64,000 nt of DNA from Epiperipatus broadwayi (GCA_028023455.1 JAQFVV010000006.1:7068001-7132000), one strand, 5' to 3'; positions 22,701 to 37,040 are shown, numbered from the stretch's first letter. The notes: a model not told the origin generated them from the letters alone. Program-made: numbers and translations.

Positions 22701-25700
22701 GAGCTCCCAATGATTACTCAAGATAACAATAGATGGCAACACTAAAATAAAATAAAGTTTGTTCCTAATTAGCATTATGTAAACTGAGATCATGTAATAC
22801 TTTCTTGTTTTTAATTATATTGTTTTTTTTATTTATACTCATTTATTTGAAATATTCTTTATATGTATAAAATTATAAACAAAATATTTTATATGTTTGA
22901 TATAATTTCTAAATTAAGAAATATCTACTGCTTAAAAAATTACACAAAAATAAATGATATGAAATATGATTAATAAAATTTGTCAAAAATTTTAATTCCA
23001 AAAAGCAAATTCCCATCAAAACTGACCAATGGTTATGATGACACCATAGTATCCTATTGGTTCCTACTTCAAACTGCATTGGTTCAGATACACTAATGTA
23101 CATACAGGAAGGTAATTTGCATATAATAAGCAATAATTACAAATTCGAAAATATTAAAAGTTCAGAAATAATCACAATAAGTGTGGAAGACTTATTATAA
23201 AATGTAGAGAAGAAACAAAATGAGACATAGTCTAGAAACTATAACGGATTTTAAATCAGGAGAAGACATAAAAGGAAATCCATTAAAAATATTTGAAAAT
23301 TATGCTATTTTAACATTCTAGTTTTGCAAATTTGTCTTCAAAGGCAATTCAGCTGGTTAGAAATCTTTCAAAGATGTGTCTAGTGCTAAAATTCAATTTA
23401 ACAAGCGAGACATTTCTCCAACATGCTCATTTGGTTATACCAATTTGGATAAATGCATTAACGATTATAAGTTATCATTTTTATTAGGTTAAAGATTAAT
23501 TTTTTAGCTCACATAAATACTTTAAAATTTTATTAAAGATTAAAATATCAATTATTGCATGGCAATTGTCCATTAACCTCATCTCTCTTTTTCTATTCAT
23601 TACAGAATATGGTAAATATATTAAAGAAGTTTAATTCTCTCCATACATTTAAATTATATGGATAAAGACATTTAAAAAGGGTAAATGATTCTAACTTGCA
23701 TTTTTGGTAGAATCAGTCATTACCAATTGGCTTTAAGTTTTGTGCTGACATGTTATCTTCACAATACTGCAGCAAATTACTAGGATTCAATTTTCAGTGC
23801 AACATTTTAAAAGTTTATCAATTTTTATTAGAAATGGCTGTCTTAAAATGCTGTCTCCTAAACATTCTGAAATTGTAGACATAAATATTTCAATTTTATA
23901 AATTTTTAATATTAACACTGATAACGTGGTAAGAGATAAGGATTTAATAAGCACTTCCATCTAGTATTTGGTTTACACAAGTTTACAATAGATGGCAGCA
24001 GAGAATATGGAAAAACTTAGATTGGGGAATGTAAAATTAAGTAGCTAACAGGTTTCTCTGGGCATAATTGCTGAGAGATTCTTGACTTTGTTCAAGAAGA
24101 AGCTACAGTACATCACATCACATTAAAGTTCTTTTGTGCTTACTGAACTAAACTGGATTTTGAATGCTGGTTAAATAAAACATGGCTTTTAAATTACTAA
24201 AAAAAAATATTTTTTGAAATCAATAAGACTGTTAAGTCAACACATTCTAAATATTTTTCAACCTGTATGCACAGTATTCTACAAGCAATATAAGTAGTCC
24301 TGAAAACAGTTTTGGAATGAATGTATCTCTATTATTAAAATATTTATTATCACAAAAGAAATAGTTAATTATAACTGACAAAAAAAAAACCCACCGATAT
24401 ATTTAATTAAATAAAAAAAACTTGAAAAAGTTTATAAATCACTTGTTCATTTATATGTCTGAATATACTAACTTTTTGGATAAAAATAATGCTAATTTTT
24501 CTTGTTTGTAAAAGTCATTCTTTATTGATATTACAGCAAATAGTATTAGAAAAAGTTAAAAATAGAGTTCTTTTCTGAAATATTTCAGATGTAGGATTTC
24601 AAATAAGTTGAAAATAAAACCAATCAAGCCAAATAGAAGAGTATAACATCCTTCATACAGAAATAATGGCAATCATCATACTTGCCAATGAGCAGATTGT
24701 ATTTTAGGAATCATCCATCCTTGTTTTTACTTTTAGGTAATAACACTAGATATTCATTTACCAACCAATACTGAATGGTTACTTGGGTAGGTTATGGACT
24801 GGTTATTTGAAAAAATATCCCAAGCTTATTAAAAAAAATTCAAGTTTTCTTGGCCTGCATTCAAACCTGGGTTGCAAACCAGGCAAAGTGGACTACCATT
24901 GCAACAATACTGAATATGAAACAATATTGCTTTATAAAATAATGTATAAAAAAAGGCACAAAATTTTTTAAATTTATTTTCAAAATGCATAATGTCCCTT
25001 TAAAAAGTTTGAAAAAAAAAAAAGAAAATCCATTTAAAGTACATTACTATCATAATTTTAGATTCATTATAAAAACAAGAATAAAATGTGTTAAAATATT
25101 TAAATAGTGTTTCACACTTTCAGTAAAAAACGAATACAATACAACTTAATTAATCCAAATGTACATTACTCAAATTCTTATTTAATATTCAGTGCCAAAA
25201 ATGATCTTGCACTGGCTCCTCCTAGTGGCAGGTTCAAGAAACTATGTTAATTTAGGATATTACAGGTGAGTAATAATGTTTGATCATCGATATTTTTGCG
25301 TGATTTATGGGACATTTCAAATTTAGAATGACATCATAAAATAGTGACATCCCTAGCATTGGTAAAATTAAATGTTAAATAATTTAATAATTTGAATGTT
25401 ATAATGAAATAATTTCTACAACTCTTTTTTTTTGCATCAAAGTATTTCTCACAATATTGAACATTAAAAGAAAGTAATTTGTACTTTCTCAGTTTTAATT
25501 TCGTTAGAGTTTTTATAATATTAATTTTACTTGCTTAATTATGTTATCTTGCTTTAAGTAAATTAACTTTCTTTAATCAGGTTTATTTTAATGAGGTTAA
25601 TTGCGTTAAATATTATTTGATTGGTTTTTAGTCAAATTAATATTGGTTTTGTTAAAATAAATATTTTTAATTTCATTTCCTGATGTCCTTCTACCTTGAT

Positions 25701-27404
25701 TGTCCAATTTATCTGTCTTTTAAGATGTGCCAGTAATAGTAAAAATGTCAAACAATCGATATGAAAAATATTAATTGAAATTTTTTTTAGAAGGAAAATA
25801 GAATAATTAAGAATTTTTTATAAAAAAATAGAATTCCTCCAAAGTATATTTTAATACATGTATATTAAAAATAGCCTTAGAATATCTATTCCATCACCAA
25901 TCCTTTTCAGATGTTCTTTATTCATACATTTCAAGAATGTATGAGGGAATGGGCCTTTTAAGTATATCAAAAATGGTACTACATATGGAAAAAAAGAGAC
26001 GGAAGATTGATTAATTATTCTAGGTATTTGTGTTTAATTAAAAAGCGGATATACTAAACTTTTAACTGGTTTGAAAGTTTACATTTGGATTAAGAATAAT
26101 ATGATAGTCTCTAGCCTAACAAATGATCAGTAATAATCATTAATATATTTATCTGAAGTGGTTGGTATCAAAGTTGTAAATGTAGAAAATTTGACACTTA
26201 TAAATCAAACTATAATAATATATTAAAAACTTAAAGGTGTGTGGATGTTCAAGTAACATAATAAAACATCATAATATGTTTTAGGTTAATGATTTTTTTT
26301 ATGGGTACACTCCAAAAAAAAGTGTTTTTAAAATAACTCAATGCATGGAATATTAAAAAAAAAGTTCTCATCAGAAAAATATTGATTGATCAGAATAAAT
26401 CAATCATTAACATGATTGGAAAATCAACTAATGTACATTCCTTTCTCAACTACTTGTAAATATATATAAAACTGATGAAAAATTGTTATTATTGCATATA
26501 ACATTTAAAAATTTCTTCTTCTTATTTTGAATTAAATAGAATATTAGGTAATTCAAATTACGAATAAACCAAGTCAAATGTCACATGACCTAATTTAAAC
26601 ATAAAAGCATAGGTAATCAAAATATGAAATATATTTTCCCAATCATCTTCATTCCAAATAAAAAATTTTATTACTGTGTTTAATAATGATTTAAAACATA
26701 ATTTAGATTCTAAATTAAAACCGGATTTACTCAAATGAAATTATGTATATCAATACAAATATTTATATATAATGAAAATATAAATGTTCTAATATTTATA
26801 ATATTAGTAAGTACTTTCTCCATGTTAGTTATATTATTGCAAAGCTCTCTAGAGTCAGATTTTGCCTTGCAAATATAAAATGAATTCATTTAGATTTGCA
26901 TTTCCAATTCTTATAAAAATATTTAATCTGATAAGTGACATTAATCACGGCATACTTCCGATCATGCCGGAAATGTTAGCAAAACTTCACCCAATGCAGA
27001 AAATAATTTAACTAATATATATATTAACCCACAAATATTCTTAATACTTTTTAGCATTTGGTTGCAGACACTAGAAAAAATATAAATAATTACTCTGCAT
27101 TTTGAATAAGCCAGTCATTTCCAGTTATCACAAATTATCACATTAATTTTAAAATATGTTTAATTGTTTGTATTTATTTAATATATATTACACAAATTTA
27201 TCTGCCCTTCCAGTACATACACTAGTAAAAGAAATTGAAACACTGGGGTGGAGGAAAGGACCAGGTATTTATAAGAAATAAAAATTAAATATGTTTGATC
27301 ATTAATAAACCTGAATGCATGAATGAAATTCAATAATCATAAACTAATGTAGTATATGCTAAATAAAAATGGACACAATAATGAAGATTTTGAAGGATGA
27401 GATG

Positions 27405-27455
27405 ACCTGGGCTAACTGAAGAGGCTAATTCAGCCAAAGTGTATTTTAGGGAGTA
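27405..27455 (+). ncRNA. Degenerate hammerhead-like motif related to family A
   Basis: GATGACCTGGGCTAA-CTGAAGA-GGCT-AATTC-AGCC-AAA-GTGTATTTTAG. The G of GAAA is missing. Confidence 0.4.
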
Positions 27456-30400
27456 CTTTCGGGGAGCTTCCGTGTATTAAAATATAATTGCTAAATAACT
27501 GATGTATTGGTACAACAACAAGACTCTCCTCATAGCTTCTTTTCAAGTCATAAGAATGTGTGTGGTGAAATTTGAGAAAGAGGACGCTCTGAGAAAAGTA
27601 CTTGTTATTGTACGAAACGTCAGCTATTTAGCTATTACATTTTTATTACACTAAGCTCCTGGAAATAATACTATGAATTCATTGTTTCTCCATGATAGTA
27701 TTAGAATTAATATATATACATAAGGAAATATTTAATGTGTGGAGTTATCCATTCATAATCAACTTAAATATAAAGCACTTAATCTAGAATAGTGGTTAAT
27801 GAAAACAAACAGCCCTAGGCCAAGTGTCACTGTAAAATGCTAGGTTGACTGCAAATTAATTATAAATGTATAATTCTACACATTAAATATTTCCATCTAA
27901 AACATCCATTAAAAATATTCTTTTATATATATTACAAAGGAATTTTAAAAAAATCATGAATATATACAAAATGTATTTGATGTTTAATAAAAAATAATGT
28001 CTATATCGGGATTAATTTCTTATAAAGAATAATTAGCAACAGTTTGCTTATTTATTAATAGCTTGTAATAGTTAATAATTGTTAGCTAGAAATGCAGAAG
28101 TTATGAGTAAATATGTATATAATAATTAGATGTAAATAATTCTTGAGAGATCAACTCTGACTGTCGTGTGCAACTTTTGCTATGGCCGCCACGCTAAATA
28201 TAATATGATAATTGTAATAAAATATATTATGCTCATATGACTGTAGTTGATACCTCTCGTATACATAATGTTAAACAGAAAAGCTTCATTTAAATACCTT
28301 TGGAATATGAAAAGGGAATAATTTTATTTAAATTAAAATGTATTAAATTGTAGAAAAGATTTGAAAATGATAGTGCATTAATTGAGGGAAGTCAGGGTTG
28401 GTACGAGTTATAGGGGCACTAGGAAGTCATCTGTGCTACAAAAAAATTAGGGGTGCCCCAGCCAGCATCAGTAAAAATGAAATATTTATTAAATATTTCA
28501 CAATCAGACATATTATATATACATTTAGAACTGCCGCAAAGGTAACATTTAAGTAAGAAAAGTTGGTCTCATTTTTGTTCACTGTTTTCTTACGGTTTAA
28601 TTTGGGTGTATGTTGTTTTTGAATTTCATAGACAAAGAGTGCCCAAATTCTTGGGATGGCTTTGAGTGAAGTCAATACTTTACTTAAAAAATAATTAACC
28701 ATCTATCTTGTGATAAAACTTAATCAAATATTTGGCGATCATGGTGATAAAAGAAAATTCTAACACGACACATTAACAGCAAGCCACGTATGCTGCAGAC
28801 TTATGCTTGAGAATCAATGGCAGTTGGGGTTCGAATTTGAAAATATGAAACCCAGTTTCATAAGAATATTAGATTAACATTCACTTAAACAAATGGATTA
28901 CTGCTTGAATTGATTTAAAATATCTCATTATTTTTAACTGGCGATTAAGTTCACCCGCTGCCTTTTCAAAACCTTTGGAAGATCAATTTCTGATTTACTT
29001 GGAAGACTTGAAAAGACTTTTCTTGGATGGTTTGTCGGAAACCCCCTAAAATAGAAAACAAATTAAAAAAGTTAATAGAAGTCAAAATAAATAAATAATT
29101 AAAATTAATATAGTTTTAAACAACTTTTTACAGGTAACTTCATATATTTTCTTATTTCCACTGACAGGTACAAAAGATAATTTTAAAAATATATTCACTT
29201 TTTAATTTTCTAATTTAAGTTTTCAAATTTTCTTTTATTAAACTGAATTTACCAGATTCAGCATAACATTTCTTCCATTATTATTTTTTGAATGCTAAAT
29301 TACTATTTTATTTTGGTGTATATATGTATGGTGTTCATGTAAGATGGCTTCAAAAAGTCAAAATATGATTCTGAACATATTTATTTTTTGATATAATTTC
29401 TATTGATATACACATATTTGAACCATTATTTTACCAAACCATCGCAACAGCATGAAAAGTATTTTTTCCTAATACCTTAAACATTTATGGGTCTTTTTTT
29501 TTTTTTTTTGATTTTACCATTAGGTGAAAGTCATGTGAAGTTTTCCACACAAAACCTGCACAAATGTGATTGCTCTTCAGTACTCACTACGAGCAACCAT
29601 AATATTAATTAATAAAAGCACCCACGGTGCACATGTTACTTATACGACATAATGTCAAAAAATGGATTTTTTTTTAGATTGTCAAAAGTTTATGTGAATA
29701 AAGGCTACTGCCAAGAAAATCTGTTTGACATGTTAAGTCTTCACTCACTCTCTCTCTGAAACCTGTTTATGCTCAAGTAAACTGTTGTTTCCCATTTAAT
29801 AACCCTCTTCCTCTAAACTATTATAAACAAATTATTCTAACAACACAAATTCATTTACTTTTCACTTCCCGGTCTAATTTAATAAAACTGTTTCATTAGT
29901 TCCAATATTCTTCATCATATTATTCATTCTTATTATCATAATTTTTCACCCTCTCTATATAATACCACTTTAGTAAGTAATAGTAGATGCCAAATGATAT
30001 TTCTTGTTAAATCATGATGTCCTACCCAATATCTTCAAATTTTTACACAATCATAATATGTAAGCTGGAGTCATGTGATGTAGTCAGGTGATATTTTATT
30101 GGTCATTCTTATCATAGAGATCTAACTATAAAATCAGAAATATTTCAATCATTTTCACTCCTGCTAACTTTAAGTTCCTTCTTCTCTCCAAATAAATTGA
30201 TATGCTCTTAACAATGGTACAAGCAGATTGGCGTAGGATTTTGCTTGCCAGATGCACAACTTTTCTATTTCCATGTTTGGATCCCATACCATCATGGGTA
30301 AAAACAGAAGCAAAACTCAGTCTGGGGATGGTGATTTAACTGTGCTATTATCTGGTAATCAATGATTCACAAGCTTTCTGTAGATGGTTCTGTGAGACAC

Positions 30401-30733
30401 AGTTGTTTATATCATAGTATATAGACAAAAGAATCCAATAGTACTATATTGGTACATATGCATTACCAGAAAAAAAAAAAGGACATACAATTAACATAAA
30501 TGAGGTCACTAATGTATATAATTATTGACTTAGTATCAGATCCTTTATTAATATGAGTTCAAAAACCTTACAGTTTTTTTAATTTTATAGAAAAGGACTA
30601 CCAGATACATAGATTCCAGTTTTAAATGGTGCCCACTCATTGATAAAAACAAAAGTCAGATACCAGTCTGGCAAGTTGTTAACTGCACTACCATCTGGAA
30701 ATTACTATTTACTCAAGCTTACTGTAGGTGGCA

Positions 30734-30937
30734 CTAGAGAGCTACTATTACTTGTGCATTGTATAATCTGAAGAATCCAATGATATGTGGTTTTTGTTCT
30801 TCTTTTAACTTTTTATTCTTCAAAATCAAATCTATACTTTTCTTGACATATCCACATAAACCAGACATACTGTTCAAGTTCTGCTCTGATTCTCCCCTCC
30901 TGCCATTGACATTCAAAGTTCTTGTCTTTGCATACAA
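30734..30937 (-). pseudogene. Possible non-LTR AP-endonuclease N-terminal fragment
   Basis: RTLNVNG motif followed by ...PHIIGF, resembling the first APE motifs. Short and isolated. Confidence 0.35.
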
Positions 30938-31454
30938 ATAACAATAAGCCCTTTTTATATATCATGTGATGGGAAGGTGTATCATTTTGCCTCTATTGAT
31001 ACATAAAGCAAATCTATTCTACTTTCATTTGTAATATATTTGTCGGCTTTTCTTTACATATATTAAATATATAATAAATCATGAAAAAATGAATTTGAAA
31101 AAATGGATAATTAAAATTAACAAGTTCTAATTAGAGCATTGATTATATATTTTTTTCTAATAATATATTTCAGGCTTGAAATTTTGATAAAAAATTATTT
31201 TATTCAAATTGATGAGTAATAATGCACTAAAATTAAAATTAAAAAAAAAAAAGAAACAGTTTTTCTTTAATCACAATTTCGGTTATTGAAATAATGGTGG
31301 GACATATCCATAAATTAATTAATTCAATCACTAGTTTTAGCTTGAAGGAAAAATATTGGACATTCATAAATGGATTAATTCAATCACTATTTTTTAAACT
31401 AGTGATTAAATTAATTAATTTATGAACCCCCCCACACACTTTTATTTCAAGTTG

Positions 31455-32080
31455 AATATCATCATCAACAGTATTCTGTCAAATAGACAGGTCCATAGAG
31501 TAGTCACATCACCAATTCATCCATTTTTTTCATTCCTGTCTCTTCATTGCCTAGATCTTCAATTCCATGTAATTCTTCCCACCTTGTATATCATTCCACA
31601 ATATCAATCTTTTTTGTCATTTCTTCTTACTTCCACTTGCCATTCCCTCCAAAACATTCTTTCATTAAACTATAATTTTTTCTTAATATATGCCCAATCC
31701 AGTTTTTCTTTCTCTAATTTCCTCAATCAATCTTCTTCTTTTTTGCTGACTCTTTCAAAACTTTATTTGTTATTTTATTCATTCATCTGATTTTTTCCAT
31801 TTTTCTCCACATTCACATCTTAAAGTCTTCCAATTTGTTCCTAATTTTATTACTCACTGTCCATGTTTCACAACCATACATTAGTACATTCCACACATAG
31901 CATTTAATTAATCTTTTTCTTAATTCTGTTTTCAAAGCCCCCAAAATATTTCCTTTCTCTTAATAAATGCCTCCTTTGCCAATGCTTTTATTCTTTTAAC
32001 TCCATCATCATTTCTTCCACCCTCAATTCACCAATTACCCAAATATCTAAATCCCTTTATCTGTTGAATATAATGACCAA
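31455..32080 (-). mobile_element. RTE (BovB-like subtype) 3' fragment, different family from 10647-13882
   Basis: Manual translation gives FRYLG...LAKEAFIKRKEI...LRKRLIKCYVWNVLMYGCETWTV. A short (GAT)n tail lies at about 31457-31467. Confidence 0.8.
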
Positions 32081-33342
32081 AATTGTGGTTGAAGCAAAAA
32101 AAAATATTTTTTTTAATACTTCATTATTTTTTATTGTTTAGTATTAGGATGTATATTCTAGGCAATACCACTACATTTGTGGTATTTGAAATGAAATTGG
32201 GGCACATTGAAAATCTTTTGCAATTTTTTTTGTTTTTGACAGCAGTATTTTTTAAAAAGCAAGTATTAGCTAAACAATCAAGAGACATTCAGATTTCATA
32301 CTTTGTTAATAATTCACAAATGGTCACGATTATGCATAATAATCTGCATGCTTTTTTCAATTCTTTCTAATTTATATGCATAGAATAAGGCAAATGTAAT
32401 CGGCTAATTTAATTAATCCATATAATTTTTTTGAAGTTTTTTTAAAACTTCTCGCTAAGGTAATAAACAGAAATTACAATTATGTTTAAAACCATCCTTT
32501 AATCAAGTCATAATCATGCACTTTTTTTAATTGTATAATGAGTCGTTACCATATTTTTATTGACAAATTAAATGGTAACATAAACGTATTCATACAGTAA
32601 GTAGGAAATTAACAGGATTTTTTTAATAGCCGCAAAAATATTTATACAGAAAATAAATTATATACTAACATTAGAGCAATAGTCCACCTGTATCAATAAC
32701 ATTTAGTTCAAAGTATGAATCGGGTATCAAAATTTGTGGATACTAACAAACTGGGTTACTATATACATTTTGACACATACATACATATATAACTTGTTTT
32801 CGTATTCTCTAATTATTTTACTTGTGAATCACAAATAACCAAAATTGTGGATGTGGAGATATCGGATGTAGGGTCACTGTTGTTCTTAAAAAATGTGATG
32901 TACTTTTAACACTCATGAACTTACTTTATATAATCACAATAATTAATTATTATTCTATATAAACAATTAAATAAGTGAAGTTATTGATTAAAAAAAAAAC
33001 ACATTTTAGGCATTTAACTTCTGTAGTTTGATTAAATAAATAAAAACTTACAAAAGCTTTTGATCCCAAGAGCAAACGTGCTTTATCTGTCTCTTGACGA
33101 ACTTCACCTTGAGAAAAGTCATCTGAGCGATTAGCTTTGATTTGGAGTTTTTGTTTAATGGCCTGCGAAAGGAATTTTTTACAATATCAATACTTGAAAA
33201 ATAATAAATTATGGTAATTATTTCATTACAGAGTTACTATTTCTAATAGTATTATGAAGGAAAATATTTAAGTATCTCCTCTTGTTATGAAAATGATATT
33301 ATATACAATAGCCAAATTCTGGCATTGTAAACATAATATAAA

Positions 33343-33390
33343 GCTTACAGCATTAGTTTCAGGGAAACTCCCTTCATCAGCAGCTGTTTT
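33343..33390 (-). ncRNA. Degenerate Penelope-type minimal hammerhead motif (family C)
   Basis: Minus strand reads ACAGCUG-CUGAUGA-AGGG-AGUUU-CCCU-GAAA-CUAAU-GCUGU. The cleavage triplet is damaged. Confidence 0.5.
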
Positions 33391-33967
33391 AAGCTCCAAA
33401 CATAACTAAACACAAATCAGAATAGCCCTGAATTTTATTGATATTAAGCAGTTTTTATTTGCTTGATTTTAAGGCATGAAAAATGAAATACTTATAGTTA
33501 TTAAATGTAATGCAATAAAAACAATTTTGCTAAAATGAGGTATTATGCATGACAATAAATTAACAGATTGGTTTTCAATAATGAATTCAAATTATTAAAA
33601 GAACATTTTGAAGTAAATAACTTAGCTGAACACAAGACCTTATGCAACATATGAAACAAAATAATTAGGCTGTTCAAATGTATCTCAAATCATGAGGTTT
33701 CTACAGTAAGTCAAATATGTAAATGCAATAAATAATTTTACATATATATATATGTATAATCTCTATCTATATAGTTTGTCCATTTACTTACATATTAACC
33801 TACCTAGCTATTTATTTTCCTGTCTATCTATTTAACTTATTTATCTATCTATCTGTCTCTATAAGGGTAATAATTATTTTTTTACAAATTTCAATAGGTC
33901 TATAAAAATTCAAGGTAGCTTTGTATGAAATGTTAATCCCTAGAGTAGACCCTCAATCATGATAATA

Positions 33968-34075
33968 GTGTGTTTCCCCCAAAATAAGACTTAATCAGAA
34001 AATAAGCCCTAACATGATTTTTCAGGATGCTTATAATATAAGCCCTACCCCAAAAATATAAGCCCTAGTTAAGAT
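33968..34075 (+). mobile_element. Possible Tc1/mariner (Tc2/pogo-like) left-end fragment
   Basis: GTGTTTCCCCCAAAATAAGAC followed by repeated ATAAGCCCTA subterminal motifs. No matching right end was found. Confidence 0.4.
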
Positions 34076-34659
34076 TATCAATCATATAGATGGTTAATGG
34101 ATGTATAGAATTATAAAGAAATGAATGTATAAATAAAGAGTAATATAAATTATATGGTACTTTTGTATTTTTGTGACAATTTTCGACAAATGTAATTCTA
34201 CCTGTATAGATAAACAATTTATCTACCATAAGTCATTACATGGGACAATTTATAATTTGATTTATATATATTTATGTACTTACTTCATTTATATTTAATA
34301 CTTATATTTAGAATCCTTGATTTAGTTTTCGAGTTTCATCATGGTAACTTTTAAATATTCAAGATAAAAGAAAAAATAATTTGATTTCTTAAACATTTCT
34401 TTTTCTTCCTGAAAGATTTTATTGAAATAACATAAGTGATTTTAATAATCAAAGTTTAGCTTAAATCATCAATTTTTCTTTTAAAGAAATGTTTTTAAAA
34501 AGAATGTCTAAGCAGGGTGTAGATTTTGTAATTTTGGGCATTATGATGGTGCAATGATCATCTTTAAGTTGTTTTAATCATTTTTATAATGTTCCACTAC
34601 CATGCAAGATGACGTCATTTATTTTTCCTATTAAACATCACACAATCACCATTATTTAT

Positions 34660-34846
34660 GCTTACACAGAGGCTAAATTCTCCATACAGTAGCACCACTC
34701 AGTACCAGTCAGTTAATCAATGAATGAAAGAAGGTTGGTGCATGAAGTCTCTATCTAATGCCTACTCTTCCAATATCCCCAGATTAATTTCTAGCTTAAG
34801 TCTTTCATCAGTGAAGAGCCTTGGATCCGAGAGCACTGCACCTAGA
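34660..34846 (-). mobile_element. Family B hammerhead repeat, ribozyme at about 34770-34826
   Basis: Minus strand reads UCCAA-GGC-UCUUCA-CUGAUGA-AAGACUUAAGCUA-GAAA-UUAAU-C-UGGGGA-UA-UUGGA. Core intact, stem II decayed. Confidence 0.7.
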
Positions 34847-35089
34847 TCTTAGTATCTAATGCAACCCTCCAGCAGCTGCCTTTTACCTTATTAGCTAACT
34901 ATAAAGTTTTGAGTCCAAAATAAAAAACACAATAATGTTTTCAATTCAAGCTCATTAGTTTGTATAGTCATATAGATCTGAACTCAGTTCAGCATCCATA
35001 CTTTTTGGTGTCTTTTGTTCTTTAATACATAATCCTATTGGTCAGGATTGTTATTAAACCATTAAATATCACACAAATACCATTCTTTA

Positions 35090-35392
35090 TGTTTACACAA
35101 GAGAGGCTAAACTCTCCATACAGTAGCACCACCAGTGCAAGCCAGAGTAATCAATGGATGCAAGAAGGTTTGTGCATAATATCCCTATCTAGTGCCTACT
35201 CATCCAATATCCCCAGATTAGTTTCCAGCTTGTGGCTTTCATTAATGAGGAGCCTTGGATCTGAGAGCACTGCACCTAAGCTGGATGAATAGGCACTAGA
35301 TAGAGATTTTATGCACAAACCTTCTTACATCCTTTCATTACTCTGGCTTGCACTTGCGGTACTACTATATGGAGAATTTAGCCTCTGTGTGA
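35090..35392. repeat. Family B fold-back: about 115-bp inverted arms (35090-35205 / 35282-35392) with a minus-strand hammerhead (35204-35260) in the loop
   Basis: The arms are reverse complements. The ribozyme reads AUCCAA-GGC-UCCUCA-UUAAUGA-AAGCCACAAGCUG-GAAA-CUAAU-C-UGGGGA-UA-UUGGAU. Confidence 0.8.
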
Positions 35393-36512
35393 CATTAAAT
35401 GCCATTGTTATATATACGAATTCCATTTAGAACTTTATTTTCACATGTCTAATATTAACTTTTAGAATGTCTATTATGTGAAAGTTTACATTTGTAATAA
35501 ATAATATTGTTTATCAATATGTGACATAAAAAAGGTTTAATTGTAAAAATATGGAAAAATATTAACATAAGATTCAGTGGAGTTTGATGGTGAACAGATG
35601 AATCTCTGAAAGTATGCACCCCTTCAATAGCTCTCATTGGGAATATATGGCTCAAAGTAGAGTACAATAGAAAACCATGATTAGGAAAGGTATTAAAGAC
35701 TTTTAAAACACAAACACTGCATGAGTCATTGCAAAGAGCATCACATAATGTCAAATAAAAAGATTAAATAACCACCATTATGATACATATAAACGTAATT
35801 AATGGATTGATTTGAATCACAAAACTTAGCTTTAATTTTACCTTCTTCTGAATCAAGTTAGAATGACCACATTCATTTAAAAATGACCGTTAATTACTAG
35901 TTAATTATGTTAAATCACTGATAAATAATTCAATTAATTTTACATATAATTCTTTTTTTTTTCTTTCAACTTAATAAATAATTAGTTAATTTTTTTGCTT
36001 AGGAATTTGTAAGAATTTTCAGAAATGGAAATGTCAGATGATTCACGGACCACTTCCCAAACCACCCAGAAGTCTGGGTGGTACAGCACAGTAGCAGATT
36101 CTGGAGGCAGAAGTTCATGGATCATGCCAAAATCTGTCACTTCCAGTGGTCAAAATTCTTGCAAATTCCCGAATGATAAACCATTTGATTGTTAAATTTT
36201 AAACTTTGATTCAATTTATTAATGCATAAATCGAAGATAATTTTTTTTTTTTTTGCTTTTAGAACTATTTCTAATCTATTAAGTTCTGAATCAAATTGTA
36301 TTTTAAATTTGTCTCAACATCTCGACTACATTCTGTCATCTTTGTCAAAGATTGTTTATATATATTTTACGAGTATGCAATCATTTATGTGCATATTTGT
36401 CTAAAAATAAATAACAATTATTCAAATTTTAAATGTTATATAAAATATGCATCAATCAAATAATGCTGATCTCTGTGACTTCATAGAATATTGTGATGGC
36501 TTGTACTGAGTG

Positions 36513-36960
36513 TGCTATATATATATGTTGGTTTGCACTTACCGCATAACGTGAATTCTTCTCCACACAAAAATAGAGAGCGCTGCCGTAAATTATGATT
36601 TCCAGAATATATGCCCCATAAAGGGATATAGTATAAAACTGGTGGCAGAGATTTATCACTCTCAGTTCCCGGGATGTTATCAGTACACAGCCTTCAGGAT
36701 AAATGAAATCCGTAGTAAAGAAAACAGTAGGTAAAATGGCTACTGTAGAAACGTATAAAATAAGGACTGGTAAAATAAAACAATACTATGTTTAATGTAA
36801 TTAAACTGAGTGAAATCTTGTGTGTATATTTTATTATTATAATTGTATGTCCATGTTGTAGAAACTAGTAATTAAAATATATATAGAAATATTAAATGAG
36901 AGTAATTTTAATTTATTGCTATCTTACTGGTTAAACTTAATTGAAACCTAAGACATAGCA
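36513..36960 (+). repeat. 5' LTR (448 bp)
   Basis: Roughly 97-98% identical to 41042-41496 by eye, with a few indels. Confidence 0.95.
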
Positions 36961-36963
36961 GAG

Positions 36964-36983
36964 TGGCGCAGCTGTACAGGATT
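36964..36983 (+). promoter_or_regulatory. Primer binding site, probably tRNA-Ser
   Basis: TGGCGCAGC begins 3 nt after the LTR. It is complementary to the ...GCUGCG-CCA 3' end of tRNA-Ser isoacceptors. The tRNA assignment is from memory. Confidence 0.6.
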
Positions 36984-37040
36984 AGAAGCCCAAGATTAAA
37001 GTGAGGCACTCGTAAAAAACGTTACATAAAAAACAACAAC

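Noticed and set aside
29760-30050. Possible CR1/L2 ORF1 esterase relic on the minus strand
   Set aside because: It is too degenerate. No catalytic motif survives in frame.
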